Assembly (NCBI GenBank): GCA_963924565.1
Contig: OZ004607.1
Span: forward strand, 25,110,001 to 25,174,000
Origin: Ascidiella aspersa
Taxonomy: Eukaryota
DNA: 64,000 bases
Reading direction: 5' to 3'
Made by a program: the position numbers and the translations under genes. The notes below the pieces were generated by a model, which worked only from the letters and a program-made list of their open reading frames with translations, had not been told where the DNA came from and searched no databases. This document shows, piece by piece, positions 25,001 to 40,000 of the stretch. Each line of letters starts with the position of its first letter. The first letter of the stretch is position 1.

Positions 25001-28000
25001 CCGGTCATGGAAGCGAGGTGGATATTTACTTTCAGACAAGTAAGAATTAACGCCAATGCTACAAATTTCAAAAATAACGGCATATTAAACTATTTTTTTA
25101 TACTTACGTCACCGTTATTTTAAAAACTTATTTTTTTCGTTCATTGCTATTTTCACATCGTTTGACTTATATGTTGTCGTTTTTTTTATGTGCTCTATTT
25201 ATTTATTTGGTAAAAAGTTTTGCCTTATTTAATTTAATTTTACCTTACCGTGGAGGTGACTGGAAGATCCAATGGACCCATCGCTGCTCCGGCCGTATCG
25301 CGCATGAATTTATTTCTTGTCATAGCCTACTTGATGTGTTTTAATTTCAGCGCCAACGGAAAATAAACATTACTTACGTACTTACTTACTTTATATTACG
25401 TTCCATATTTTTTCTTTGACTATTTATACTTACTTCATCGGGAATTTTTCCTTACGTCAGGACCTCTTCCTCCCCGCGATCTTGAGTTTAGCATTGTCGA
25501 AGAAAGTCTGCTTCAAGTTTCCTGGCTCCTTCCCCTTTCTGCTTACTACTCGTTCGATTTGCGCCTCTTCCGTGAAACAGCAAAGGGAGAAAGTGAACTT
25601 GGTGACGTCATCAACACAATAAAACCGATCCACACTTATAATAATCTGGTTCCCGGCGCTATGTATCGTGTTGCCGTGACAACAGTTTACAACAGCACGA
25701 GCAGTTATGAATCAGTGGTTGAAAGTACCTTGTGTAAGTGTTGATTGTTTTGCCTTTGAAAGAGCGTGAAATATGTTAAGGACCTAAGTGCTGAGTGTAG
25801 CGACACTTTCTGGCACGAGTTTCAAATTGACTTGAACGCCTCTTGTTAATTGAACGGCCATACGTATAAAAGCCTATACTTTATATGGGAAAGTTGTTTT
25901 TATTAGTTTGGTTGATTAGAATATTTTGACAATCGTTGGATACACATTTCTACCATGGAGATATTTTTCTTTGGAAATATTTCCGTTATCATTTGAATTC
26001 ACGCCAATGTTTTTTTTTTAAATTAAGATCCTAAGCGTCCTATGACAGCCAACGTGACTTCTGTTTCTGCGACAAGCATTAATGTGACGTGGCAACCTCC
26101 CAGTGGTTCCATTGGAGGCTATATGGTCGAAATAACTCCAAGTCTGGGCAAGGTAATTTCATGTGTTGTAAATTTCGCCAATATTCAATAAACAGAATTC
26201 CTTTTTTCGTTTTTTAAAGCATTTTGTTTATGTTGTCTTTTAGATGGTGCTGGATGGGATAAACTCATACTTTTTCCTATTGACACCAGGAATTCAGTAT
26301 GAAATTAACATTTATACTTTGAGCGAAAACGGCCAGGTGCGCAGTAGAACCTCTGCGCAGGTGGTCACGAGCACCGACGAGTCACGTGAGTTTAGTGCCT
26401 TCCTCTTTGTTTCTAACTTTCGATAATAATTTCTATATGCTACAGCAGGGCTTCCCAAAAAAGGAACTCAATTGTTTAGGACGACACGCGACAGTTTTAA
26501 GAGTCACGAGCAGATTTGACACAAATTGTTTCGTTTGCAGTATACGAAATTTATAGTAGCGGAAAATGTATTCAAATTGAAAAGTGTTGCTCAACAAAAA
26601 GTTTGGAAAGCTCTGCGAAACAAATTAAATAAATACGTGTATTGTAGCATGAAACATAGGAAACTTAGATACACACCTGTGTATGAATGTTTTAAATGAG
26701 ATTTAAAACATTTTCCATTACTATTATATGTTGGGCAACTCGTTTGTTGTTTTCTATATAAATTAGATAATGTGACATTTTTGTACGCATATAGTAAAGT
26801 CGATCTTCTTTTAACACGATGCTGTTTTAGTTCCCGGCCCGCCAACCGACTTGTCTCTTGTGTCAGAGGAAGCGGGATTTATCACAGCAACCTGGGTTGC
26901 GCCAGCAAATCCAAATGGAAACATTACACACTTCGCCATTCAATACAGACAGGTAGTTGTCAGTTCCTTCATATCAATGTATTTAAATTTCATTTCGTCA
27001 CGCTGGTGACTTAAATTGTTAAAGGTTGTATCTTGCTTCACGTGTGTAAATGCATATTGAGTACAAGCCTCATTTATTTTAGATATATCCCCACCCTAGC
27101 GTTGAATTTCTTTCGGTTGATGCAAAATCTACCAGATACGTCATTAGTGACGTAGAACACGGGGCCAATTATTACGTCAAGGTAGCCGGGGTGAACGGTG
27201 CAGGGGTGGGAACTTTTACCTCGATGGAATCTGTTAAAGTCCGAGAATCGACATCAGGTTTAAGACTTTACTAGTTGCACCATCTTCATCTTGTTCATTT
27301 CACTTTTGTCATTATGTTTCATCAAGAAAAAGAACCATACTTTATGCTTAGGGACAAACTCGAATGTCGGATTTTAGAATCCAGTGAAACATGAAAACAG
27401 AAGGTTTATTTAAAATATTTATTTAAATATTAAATCAGATTGTATTTTACATCAACCATACTTCATTTTCATACACATCACTTATACAACCCTTCCGAGG
27501 CGCTCATAAATAAACACTTTTCTAATGTTCTAGGGACTGTGCATGATCTTAAAGTGACTGCGCATAATTCCTCGTCCATCCTAATTTCGTGGCAACATCC
27601 AAGAAAGCCCAACGGCGACATCACGCGATACTTGCTAACTGTAATGGACCCAAGTCAGAACATTATATCCGAGGTTAATTTTAGTCCCAAAGAGGTAAGG
27701 TTTCCCAAAAATGAATCCAAGTATTTTTCTTTAAAATGTAGTGCTAAAGTAAGTGACACTGTGTCACAATGCGGTAATATAACTTTCCAACACTATAGTG
27801 TACATAATTGTTCATGTTTGTGGCAAATTGTAAAAAAAACTTGGATGCATTTCAGGGCGCCAGTCCGTACGCTTGTTTGTTGCAAACATCGTCTGAAGAA
27901 GCCATCAGCTCTTTGCTTGAACTTCACGCCTCCGCTACAAACGACCACTCACAGGGCCCAACGCAAAACAGTGACGACGTTTTGATGACCTCTGTGGATG

Positions 28001-31000
28001 GTGACGATTCGAATGCTGACGGCCTATTGTCCACTAAGGAAAAAAATAAAATGGAACCCAACGTCGGATCCGGATTTGGACTTCTGGAACTAATACCTCT
28101 ATTTGACGTTGATAATGTGAAAGAAAAAGACTTGACTTCAGGTGGTTAAACGAAGGAACGAAAACCGACAGAAGATACTTAAACACATTCCGTTACTGAT
28201 GTTTTTAATGTTAATGAATTTTTATAAAAGTAAACTTTATTTAAGTTGTTACGTTACATTTTGGACCTTTTCATAAAAATATAATAAGGGGCTAGGGTTA
28301 GGCATAACACAAGCGACCTTCGTATATTTTTATTACGGTTTTAAAGTCGTTCTGAGTCTCGGCTTCTTTAAAATTTCACAAACCATGCAATTTGAGAGCA
28401 TTATAATTTCTATGGACCCCATCCATAGCTAAACAAAAATAAAGTGAATCGTGTACTGTTTGTCTTTAACCTGATAATACGTATTTAACAGCCAATAAAA
28501 AAAACATTAATGTAACATTCAGTTTTGGTTGGTTTCACATTTTAATCTGAGTGACCGAAATAACCTATTTTATTTTAGGAGATTCAGCAAAGAGTCGACA
28601 AGAGCGATCAGTTAATAACGACCATGTGACTGTAAGTTATAATTGTTTAGGCTTTCCTATCTAAAATGTAAATAATAATAAAAGTTTAAACGCAATTAAC
28701 ATAGAAACAATGTTTGTCAAACCGTTTTTCCAAGTCCACGTAAGTAACTGATTTTTAATTACATTTTTTAATTTAAAAAGTCAAGATTTCTTATCGTTTT
28801 TGGATTTTTTTACTATGGTTTAACATTTATAGCCAAACGCTTCTGAGGAATATTTTGCAATTAACTTTAAATACTAAGTTAATAAATTGGCATGTCCTTT
28901 TAACAGGTACAGTCCATTTTCGAACCACTCTGTCCGGTTACATACACCATTGGACACCTGGAGCCCTATACACAGTATGACGTCACAGTTAGGGTATGGA
29001 CAGCAGTCGGAGAGGGCTTGATATCAATTGCCAGCGCTACCACCATACAAGAAAAACCGGACGGGCCTCCTGTGAACATAGAAGTTTCTGATGTGCTGCC
29101 CAGTAAATTTATTATAACTTGGTCACCACCTGAAAAGCCAAATGGAGTACCTTGGTATAATTTGATATTGACGTCGAAAGGTTAGTAGGAAGTTTAAAAA
29201 CAACAAGCGAAACGGTATGTTTTACCAGTCGACATTTCTAGCAAGTTCAATATTTTTTTGCAGATAGTTCAAAACAATTCGCTACTAATGAAACCACATT
29301 TGAGTTCAGCGATTTGCAACCATACACAGCTTACGGCTTGACGCTTTTTGCCACGACTATGGAGGGACGTGGTCCTTCCACGGAACAATACGTGATCGCA
29401 ACTGCACAAGACAGTATGTTACCTACTTTCCAATTACAACTCGCAATAGCCTACTTTACAATGCTTTACCATAATTAAGTGCCGTACAATGTACATCATA
29501 TCGAGACGTTGTGTTGCAATAGAACCTGAAGTGGTACACGATGTTGATGCTATTGTTAATGGATCACGAAGCGCTGTCATATCGTGGCTTCCTCCTTCTC
29601 GCCCAAACGGAGTAATATCTGGATATATGGTTTACGTTTTAGATGTAGACCGAAATGTTTCTATGGAATTCGTCGAGTTACCTAAGGTATTAAAAGACTA
29701 TGTTGCATATTCGGGATCACACTTACGAAAGGATTTTCTAGGAGAATTATTTCTGATATTACAGACAACTACTAAATTTACGTAAAAATGTGATTAAAAA
29801 GTTGTTGACACAAATCACTATAGGTTTCAACTGGATGACATAATAGTGGTTATTTTTCGCAGGACTTTTATTATACGGGTATTGAGGCCGGATTCAAGAA
29901 TCAGTCTACACCGCTCGGCAGCCTGGTCGTGCTTGAAGATAACATTGCCACGACTCGTTTGACTAAACGTTTAACAGAACTGCATCCCTTTACAAACTAC
30001 CTTGTAAAAGTAGCAGGCCAGACAAGTGCAGGCCAAGGTTTATTCGGTACAGTTGGGTTTAAAACGAACCAGGACGTACCTGGATCACCGCCCTTCAATC
30101 TTACCTACAGTCACCTCAGTTCAACGTCAGTGAACATCAGTTGGGAGAAGCCACTCGAACCCAACGGTGTTATTACGGGTTACACTGTCTATATTTCTAG
30201 CGGACAACTCCAGAGCCGTAAAACTAACCATCGATTTGCTATCGTTGACGATCTGGAAAAGTACAAACCTTACACAGTAAGTTAACATCTGTATGTTAAA
30301 TTTTTAACTGAAAATCTTTCCAGAAATGTTTTACCATTGATTTGTTTCTTTGTAAGTTGCTTGATGGTAAAAACTCCTGTAACTGCTTTAAGGTTTACGT
30401 GAGGGCACATACTGTGAAGGGCGAGGGTAGGGATAGCAGCCAGAATCTGGACATCCACACTGATGAAGACATACCGAGCACTCCTCCCACCAACCTCACA
30501 TACGAGAACATCAGCTCTTCTGCGATACGCCTTTCATGGATTCCTCCATCTGCTCCAAACGGAATCGTTCTATTTTATACCGTTTTTTACACCAATGATA
30601 CAGGGACATTTACTGTCAACAGGTAACTCCGTTGTATTTCATTACCCTAACATAATATGTGCAACATTATTATTTTATTTTTCTCGATTTTTCTACAGCA
30701 CTACAACTGAGGTTATCTTGTCCCGACTTCGCACCTATGGCAACTACAATGTGACCGTCACCTCCAGCACGAGCAAAGGTGAAAGCAAGGTTGCGAGTGA
30801 AGTGCTTGGCGTTCTGACAATGGAAGGTCAGCCATCCACACCACCCTACCAACTCAGTTACGTCAACGTGTCGTCACACAGCGTCATAATTACCTGGTCG
30901 CGGCCTGTGGTACCAAATGGAATTATCCAGTTTTATAACTTGACTGTGGTGGATGTAAGCGGAAAACTCAAAAATCAAAGGTAAATAAATAACATTAAAG

Positions 31001-34000
31001 AGTCACATGTCACTACTTACGTGACAATCAACTATCAATTTACTTAGTGTATGTATTTCTTTATCTCATGAGAAAAACTGTATAGTATAAGAGATTATAC
31101 TATATTATTTCACAAGTTTTGCGACGAAAGATGATTACCCAAACGCGACTGTCGACTCTCTTGCGCCCCACAACGTTTATCAAGTCACAGTAAGTGCGAA
31201 CACAAAATACGGCGATGGCGACAAGGTTTCCTTAGCGATGACCATCTATACAATGCAGGACGGTAAGTACATTGATAAATTCAGATCATATTTTGCATGT
31301 AATGTCATTCATGCTGGTTACCATCAATTGATCGTCTCGAAATGGTTCCTGCTTAAGTGTACAAATAGTTTTATGCTTTTACGTTTAATATGTGCTATTT
31401 GCATTGGACAGTCTAACGTAGTCGTTCCCAAACGTTTTTACGTGGCGGACCCATTTTGTTTTATTTGTAATCGATCACCCATTAAATTTAAAAATAGGAC
31501 AAATTAAAAAAATCTAATCAACATAAATTTCGTAAAACTGTGTACGTTATAATTCAAAATTAATCAAAGATAAATTCTAATATATGTTAGTCTAAAGCCT
31601 AACTTGCGCCTGTGCTCGCTTTTGTTTCTAGTTGGTTTTATAGGTTTAGGTGACCTTTAACATTTATTAAAAAAAAAACATTTCTACCCAGTACCTGGTT
31701 CTACACCGGTAAATGTGCGATACACCAACAAGACGTCATCTTCGATTCGAGTCAGTTGGTCGCCACCTGACATCACGAACGGAATTATAACAACTTACAC
31801 AATGAAATACCATAAGATGGTTTCAGGTTTGTCAAGCATGTGTTATATCTTTGGCTGACATAACATACTCTATCGAAAAAACAAGCAATTTTGGCAATAC
31901 AAACAAAAACTATTGTCGAATTTAATAAAATGTGTTAAACAAGTAAACCAAAAGTTTAAATCACTTTTGCCAGATTCTACTGAACCGCAAAAAAAGGTCT
32001 ATCCTGGAAACCGATCCTTTGCAGTTTTGGAAAACCTTGGTATCTACACGAAGTACAACCTAAGCCTGTCAGCGTCAACCATCGCAGGAGAAGGACCTGC
32101 AGCATTTATTCCTATACTAACTGATGAAGACTGTAATTACTCTAATTTTACTTTTTTATTGAGTATAAATTAATTGGAGCACATGAAAGTTGAAAGCGTT
32201 AAAACAGTGCAATTTGGGCACCTGCAAATAAGAATTATGATTTGGTTGAACATTATATCGATGCTTGATTATTTTAACAATGATATTAAAATAGATTTAC
32301 ATTTGCATGGTTCGTTTGGTAAAAAAATATTTTATGTTTGCAAGTTCCGACTTCTCTTCCGTTCGAACTTGTTCCTTACCAAATCAACTCGACAGCTGTC
32401 AGACTCGAATGGAAGCCTCCTCAGGAGCCCAACGGCATCATAATTGGTTATGAAATTTTATACAAGTGAGTTTAAGACTACCACAAAGCTTGGCTGAGTG
32501 GTACAACAAACCTTGCCTTAGTAGGAAAATATTTGTCTACATAAAAGCATCGTGGTCATGCTATACATAAACGAAATTATTCTCATAGTGCCTTATATAC
32601 AAAAAACAAATTTTAAAACAAAACCTACATAGGACGAAGCGAAACTGTAAAGCGAGATTGTTGTAGATACGTTATGATTTCAGTAGGACTAGACCTATAG
32701 GCTACTATAACTTTAGCGCCTAGCTTTTATAATGTGGTTGTTTGTTGAAAATGTTTTTAGTATGAATATTTTGAGAATAAAATACTAATTGTTAATCATC
32801 TCGACCTTTGCGGTTATGGAATAATTTAATTTATTTTTATTCAATTTTGCCAATCACACCAATGTTTGTTGGATTTATTTTGTATACAGATCAAGAGCTG
32901 ACGAGAAGTTGGTAACAAAAAGAACAAATGAAACTAGTATCATTCTAACTGGTCTCAGAAAGTACGGAGTTTACGATGTGTTGGTAAATGCTTACAACAA
33001 GATCGGCTTGTACCAAGGAAAGCTACTTTTTACGGAGTCTTTTCAGACCCTTGAAGACGGTAAGCATTTTTTGTTGACGTTGAGTGTTTAATCGTTGCGC
33101 CATAAAAAATTGCCAGGTGCAACACAGGCAAATAGAAACAATACTTAAAGATTTATTTTTGCTTGACTTATTGAACACTGTCAAAAAGTCAACAGCTATG
33201 TTAGCCTATTTAATTAAATCTTGTAAGCTATTGAAGATTACCAGTATACCAAAAATATAGCACTAGATCCGTATGCCCGGTGAACTGCCACGTTTTGAGA
33301 GGCCTATGTACTCCCCGATGTACAAAAATCCTACGAAACACTATGGTTTAAGTTTAAGGTTTTTAAAGAAACAAGGTTGGATTGTAAGCCATGCTCCCCA
33401 AACCAATTTAACCTCAACTTATATATTATGACTTCTTATGACTAATGTAAAATCTGTAACCACTTAAACGGGTGACAGTTGCTTGGTGCGTGATATGCTA
33501 CACCAAATTTAGCAATTCGGTCGTTTAAACTTGATAAAACAATAATCCTTCTGTGAGTCGTTAATCGCACTTGAACATACAATGCATATGACCATCATGA
33601 GCAAACGGATAGATGCAGATACTGGAAAGCGGAGATGATATTCATCGTAGTACAATCTTGTTTTATAATTTCTCGAATAGCCCCATCGGATCCGCCGCAT
33701 GACGTCACTGCCGAGGCTTTCACATCAACGTCTATCGCCATCTCGTGGCGTCGACCGATGACACCTAATGGCAAAATTCGTTACTACACGGTTTACTATG
33801 CACTCGCCGGTGGAGAAACCCATGAAAAACAAGTATGCTTTACTTGATAAAAGACCCAAGTTAACATTAACTGAGATCATTCCTGCTTTAAATTGCTTTA
33901 ACTATCCGAATTTAAGGGCATCCTGCAATTAGGCCCCATCACCAAGCTTAAAGTTTAAATAAAATTTCATAAAAGTTTAAAATAGATTTAGAGTCTTTAC

Positions 34001-37000
34001 AAATATTGACCGCTACAAAATAAATAAACCAACAATTATTAAATTAAACCTATTGACATGTTAAATCGCTTACCTTTACACCGATACTAGTTAACTGAGT
34101 AATATGCCAGGTTTACAACGGCACAACAACTATACTCACCGACTTGCGAAAATACGCTTTGTACGGCATCCAACTGGCGGCAAGTACAATAAAGGGCGAC
34201 GGAGGTCATCGAAGTGATAAGAAAATCGTTCGGACATTACCAGACAGTAAGTTTGAAGCAACTTTAATTATAATTAAAGCTTCGATTTTGGTAGTTGGGT
34301 TTTTGTAGAGTGACTTAGCTTTCTGTACATCTTGCATGTTTTATCCAATTAACACTTATTCATGATCGCCGTATTGTACTAACCCTATTGGCCTATTTTA
34401 CCTGGTATGTGAGAAGTTTACAATAGTTTTAAACTATTATAAAAAATCATGTTCCACATTTAAAGCGCCTGGGCCACCGTTTGATTTCCTTTGTGACGTC
34501 ATTGGCAGTAAAGAAATCAACACTACATGGAAGGTTCCCAAAGAACAAAACGGAATTGTGATCGGTTACCAAGTTATTGTGGAGTCAATTGGAATTTTAT
34601 ATAACCTAACAAGTGATAAATTAGGGTTTGTTTTGAACGAGCTTCAGCCATACACCGTATATGATATTAAGGTTAGAGCACGGACGACTATCGGCCTAGG
34701 AGAAGCAAGTATTTGTCGACAACGAACTGCAGAATCAGGTTTGCTACAGCTCAGAAATGATAACAGTTTTGATGTAAACATCAACTTTAAATTTTTGTTG
34801 CTTTTCAGTTCCCAGTCAACCAATAAACGTCACAGTAATCAACGTGACATCAACCGACGTTCTTATTAGCTGGAAACCACCTCTGAAACCAAACGGCGTA
34901 ATTTTAAACTACAGAATCTTCTATCATGATCAGAGCAATACCAAACGCCTAAATAAATCCGTCCAAGTTCAGTTACCTCACAAGCCTATTGAAATTAAAC
35001 TTTATGATTTATTGAAATTCACACTATATGAAATACACGTAGTTGCAAGTACTTCAGTCGGAATGGGCCAGACTTCTAAAACCGTATACCTACACACTAA
35101 ACCCGGAGGTAAGTTTCGTAGTGCACGCACTAGCAAACATTTAATCCATCATTATAATCATATCACGTAGAGCTGCATTATAAGTACACTTCACGCTACC
35201 GACAGCGCCTTACATGATTCCTCCTATCGCTGATGAACTAAACCTAAAAATTGAAACCTATACTAAAACTTTTGTGTTGTGCACAATCATAACACAAATG
35301 TGTCAGCGATAATATATCGCAAATATTATATGTCAATCCAATCTAGTAACTTGTTATTTATTATTTTAGCCTAGCGTGGTCCAATTATATTATGTCGAGG
35401 CCATCAGAAGCAATTCGTTTCATTAGCGGGCTAATGTTGCAAGGGTTGATCGGGGATTTGAGTTTGCAAATGTTACATATCACGTCGCCTGTCACGTCGT
35501 AACGCGACGTCATAATTTAAGTATATAACGTGCTGTTCTTAAAGGGAAAGTAATGTACAAGTATACAAGTATGAAAGTGAAGCTAATTCGCGACTAAACG
35601 CGTCTATTTGGTTTCGGTTGGCCAAGCGTTTGTTTGAGAAGAACTTGACTCATTGGGCGAAGAACTTAATGAGCACTATATAACCTCTACACTTAAAGTG
35701 GAATAGGGGTTACTCGCGATGGCCGTAGGCTGTGGATATGTAGAAAAATAAAAATATTACATGGCGCCTTCATGATGAAACAATGGCATGCTAGATATTA
35801 CATAAAAACTATATAATCGAAAAATATTCGCGCGGACGGCGAACAATTTTGTGTTTACATGCTTGAAGTGGGCAACCAAGTTTGAGGGACTCACAGAAGC
35901 GATATCAAATGGGAGCAATTGCAGAAATTTTGTGATTGAGCGATTAAATCGCTGGCCGTAAAAAGAGCCTATACGGACCTGTAGTTGGATCAAGTTGATT
36001 TAGCCTATTGCGAATTAAAGCCTAAAACCGCCTTTATTGATAAGTTAAGATATAAAAGATATTCCTGCCTCAACCTAATTTTAAGTGATCTGTGAAACTG
36101 CTGTATGAAATATGAATAACTATATAACCTTGGGAGTTTCGATTAATTCCTTTAAACCAGTGCAAAATACAAAAAAAATGAAATAAAATTGAATTAAAAT
36201 TTTCTACTTTATATTTGCAGTTCCCGACCATTCTGTATCAGATTTAAAGGCCATTGCAGAAACGTCAAATTCTTTAAATATTAGTTGGCGTCCACACCTG
36301 CCTCTAACAGGGCCCACCTACTTTAGAGCAGCCACCTACCTGCATAACAATCTAAACAAACTTGTCAATGTCCAAGATAACCTTTCTAGCTCTACAATTA
36401 TTGTCGACGGGTTGCAAGTAAGTTTGTTAGAATTAATGTCTTGCATTTGACATTTGACATGATCTATAATGGACTGTTTTATCCAGCCTTTCACAAAATA
36501 CGCGGTACAAGTAACTCCTCTTGTCACTGGAGTGAAAGGAGAAGGCCCACCAGCTTTGGTTACCGTAACAACTCTGGAAGACGTTCCATCTACGCCTGTC
36601 AGGGATCTGAGATACGAGCAGTTGAGCTCCACCTCAGTTGTGATGCTTTGGGATTCCCCGGAAATACCAAACGGCATGATTACCTCGTATACTGTGGTTG
36701 TTGACGAAATTGGTTCCAAGTTCGTGCTGTCAGGTTTGTCGCTTTTTTATCTGGTGAACTATATTGGTCTATTTGGCGAACGGAAAAAGTTTCAAAAACC
36801 GCTGAACCATTCTTAGCTCAGTACTAAAACAAACCGTAGTTTAATCTTTGTACAAATATGCAGTGGAACTATTTGTTTTGATATAAGGACAATAAATGCA
36901 AACCAATGCCATCGGAACAACCTTTGTGAAATATCGCAATCGGTGATGAATGTACGCTTACCCCGCCTATTAGTTACAAACTTCTTATATTTTCTTTATA

Positions 37001-40000
37001 TTAATTGTGACAGGAAATACCACTTACCTGCCTATAAACGATTTGGCCAAGTTTTTCAACTACACGATCCATGTGACCAGCGCTACTAAAATCGGGGAAG
37101 GACCTAAAGCCGTTATTAGCTTCCAAACTCTGCAAGACGTTCCGTCTGACGCGCCACGGAATGTACAGGTAAAATATAGACCTCGGAAACCATTTTCACA
37201 ATGTTTTTGAAGAGAAATACTCCAAAAAAATAAAACAGGCTGCGCGTATGACAATTTTTGCATATGTTTACAAAGACCTTCTATAGTCATAATAAACATA
37301 AAAGGATGCTGAAATGTTTGTTTAAAATATTGCATTCAGTTTGTTCCAATTTAGTCAAACCCCGTGTTAGCTGTCAAAATTTTAATATGTCAGTGAAATA
37401 TTTACCAGACAAGGCAATATAATATCGGGCTGTTTGTTTGATAATCGTAAAGTAAATCGCATTTCAAACAGATCACTAAATGTAAGGTTCATAAACAAAC
37501 GGTCGTTTAGCATCAAGAAAAACTACAGGTCTTTTATTTTTAGGTTGATGTATTTTCTCGAAACATGACCTTGGCATGGCAGGCGCCGCGAACCCCAAAT
37601 GGAATAATTAGCAACTACACAGTCAGCTACAGTCAAATAACTTCGGTTGAAATGGTTGAAGTGGTGACATCTCCACAAGTCACGTTGTTAAATCTGAAAC
37701 CCTTTACCATCTACGAGTTATACATAGCCGCAACCACAAAGGCCGGCACTGGACCTGGGGTTCTAAAATCTGTGCAAACAAAAGAAGATGGTGGGTTTCC
37801 ATTAATTGATTTTTGTTAAGTCTGTAAATCCCGACAAGACGTTTCTACGTTTGTGCCATTTTTTTTTTATGTTCCCTTACTTTTCTTTGCAGCACCATCT
37901 GAACCAAGCGACCTTTCGTGTGAAGCCATTGGTGAATCTAAAATTTCTCTCAAATGGGGAAAGTCTATGGAATCCAACGGAATAATTGTCGACTATATGG
38001 TGCAATATGGGAAAAATGGAATAGAAGGATTAAAATCTTACAGACTTTCAGTTGACCGTTTATCGGAAGAAGTAGGGCGATTTACTTACACGTTGGAACT
38101 ATTGTCTGCTTTCACGAAATATACCGTTCAAGTAATGGCTGGTACCAAAGCTGGATTTGGAATACCTGCAGTTTGTGTGACCACAACCGGTCAAGGACGT
38201 AAGTTGCAAAACATTCATACACACATTAAAAAATCATTTTATATACCAAACGATATACAAAAATATATTTTTTGTACACCTGAGCTTTATGTAAAATAAT
38301 GGCATCTATAAATGCTGTTCAATGTCCCTTAAAAGTACTGTAATCATTAAATTTGTCAAGTTGCTTGTGTCTTTGTATTTGAAATGCCGTAAAGTAAACT
38401 TGATGTTGCAGTTCCTTTGGCCCCCGAACAAGCCGGCGTAACAGAAATCAGTGACACAACAATAGAAATTTGGTGGCGATCGCCATCAATTGTCAACGGT
38501 GTTCTTGTTGGTTATGACGTCACTTATACACCCCCAGACAACTGTCTTGGAAACCAAGGATTTTATGAAAATATAACGGTGAAATTAGTATAACTAATAT
38601 CAAGATATCCCCGTGCTTATTTTTACCAATTATTACGCTCAGGGAGAAAAGCTACGGAAATACTGCCGCATTGTTAAACCGTAAAGTTTCATTGTATTTA
38701 AAATTAAAGTTTAATTTTATGAAAATGGTTTGCCAGACATTGGTCGTCAAAAAAATTTGTTTTGAAATACTCTTCAGGTGTGCGTCATTAAAACAAATAC
38801 CACCATGACGTCACGCACCCTCAGCCATCTCAGCAAGTTTACCGAATACGTCATACACGTTGCAGCGCAGACAGGGCGTGGCATTGGGCCACCTACGTCA
38901 TCGATTACGCAACGAACGAGTGTGGGAAGTGAGTGTAGTGGTCATTTAGAAACTGCTGTCAACTTTTTCTGTCATTTTCATTTTCGGTGGAAATTGGGGA
39001 TAATATCCACTCCCATTATCCCAAACTAGTTATAATTTACAAAAAGTGATTTGCCGTTCAAATTAATGTATCGACATTTACGTCTAAGAATCAGCTGTAA
39101 GAAAAATTATAAAACAATGTTTAAAAGAATAAAACAATGTTTAAAAGCAAATTATTGACTTGTATAACAAGAAAAGACAATTTATTTGTCGGTATTTTGT
39201 TGAGCTACTAACTTTATGTGGGCTACCTCGTTTTCGTAAATGTCGATGTCAATTATGACTGCTAATCGCATCTTTAAATTTTAAACTTCGTGATCTGTAA
39301 TGTTTGGCGATTTTATTATTTGTTCAGAACCCGATCACCCACCGCGTGACATTAAAGCCGTGGCAGTAAGTTCGACATCAATCAACATTACGTGGGACCT
39401 GCCTCTGGTGCTAACAGGTCCAACCTCCTATAAGATTAAAGCTGTAAATTTGGCCACAAATCAGGTGATGTAAATGTTTTGTTTTCGAATAATACTTTGT
39501 TAAATTATCTTTGCAGGAATCATTATTACTATTTACAAAAGTAAAATACGTAGTGATGCACATAATTTCCCAGCTCTCTTAAGCATAATTGTGCCAAACT
39601 AGATTTTTGTTCAATATCAACGCGAGCCATTTTATACATTGAAAAATAAAAACTCTTTTCAAAAAAAAGTTTTTGCACTTAATGTATTAGTATTACAAAA
39701 AGCATCGACGGCGTATGTTCGGCAAAAACAAACAAATATCACAGTGTTTTGTGGACAACGTTGCACGTGTGAAGAAGGTAGTGCGACGCACACAAAATAA
39801 AAATACAATAAAATATGATTTAACTATTTGATTGATAGCGAACATTAAATATAGGGCGTAGTTATAATTGTAAAATATCAAACCTATTCCCTAACAAATT
39901 AGAGGCGGGAAACTTATTACAAAAGTCATCCACCAGATGACAGCAACGAAACACATCGGCCGTAGGGTGCACTTTCGCCACCGCCATCCGACCGCTTCAA

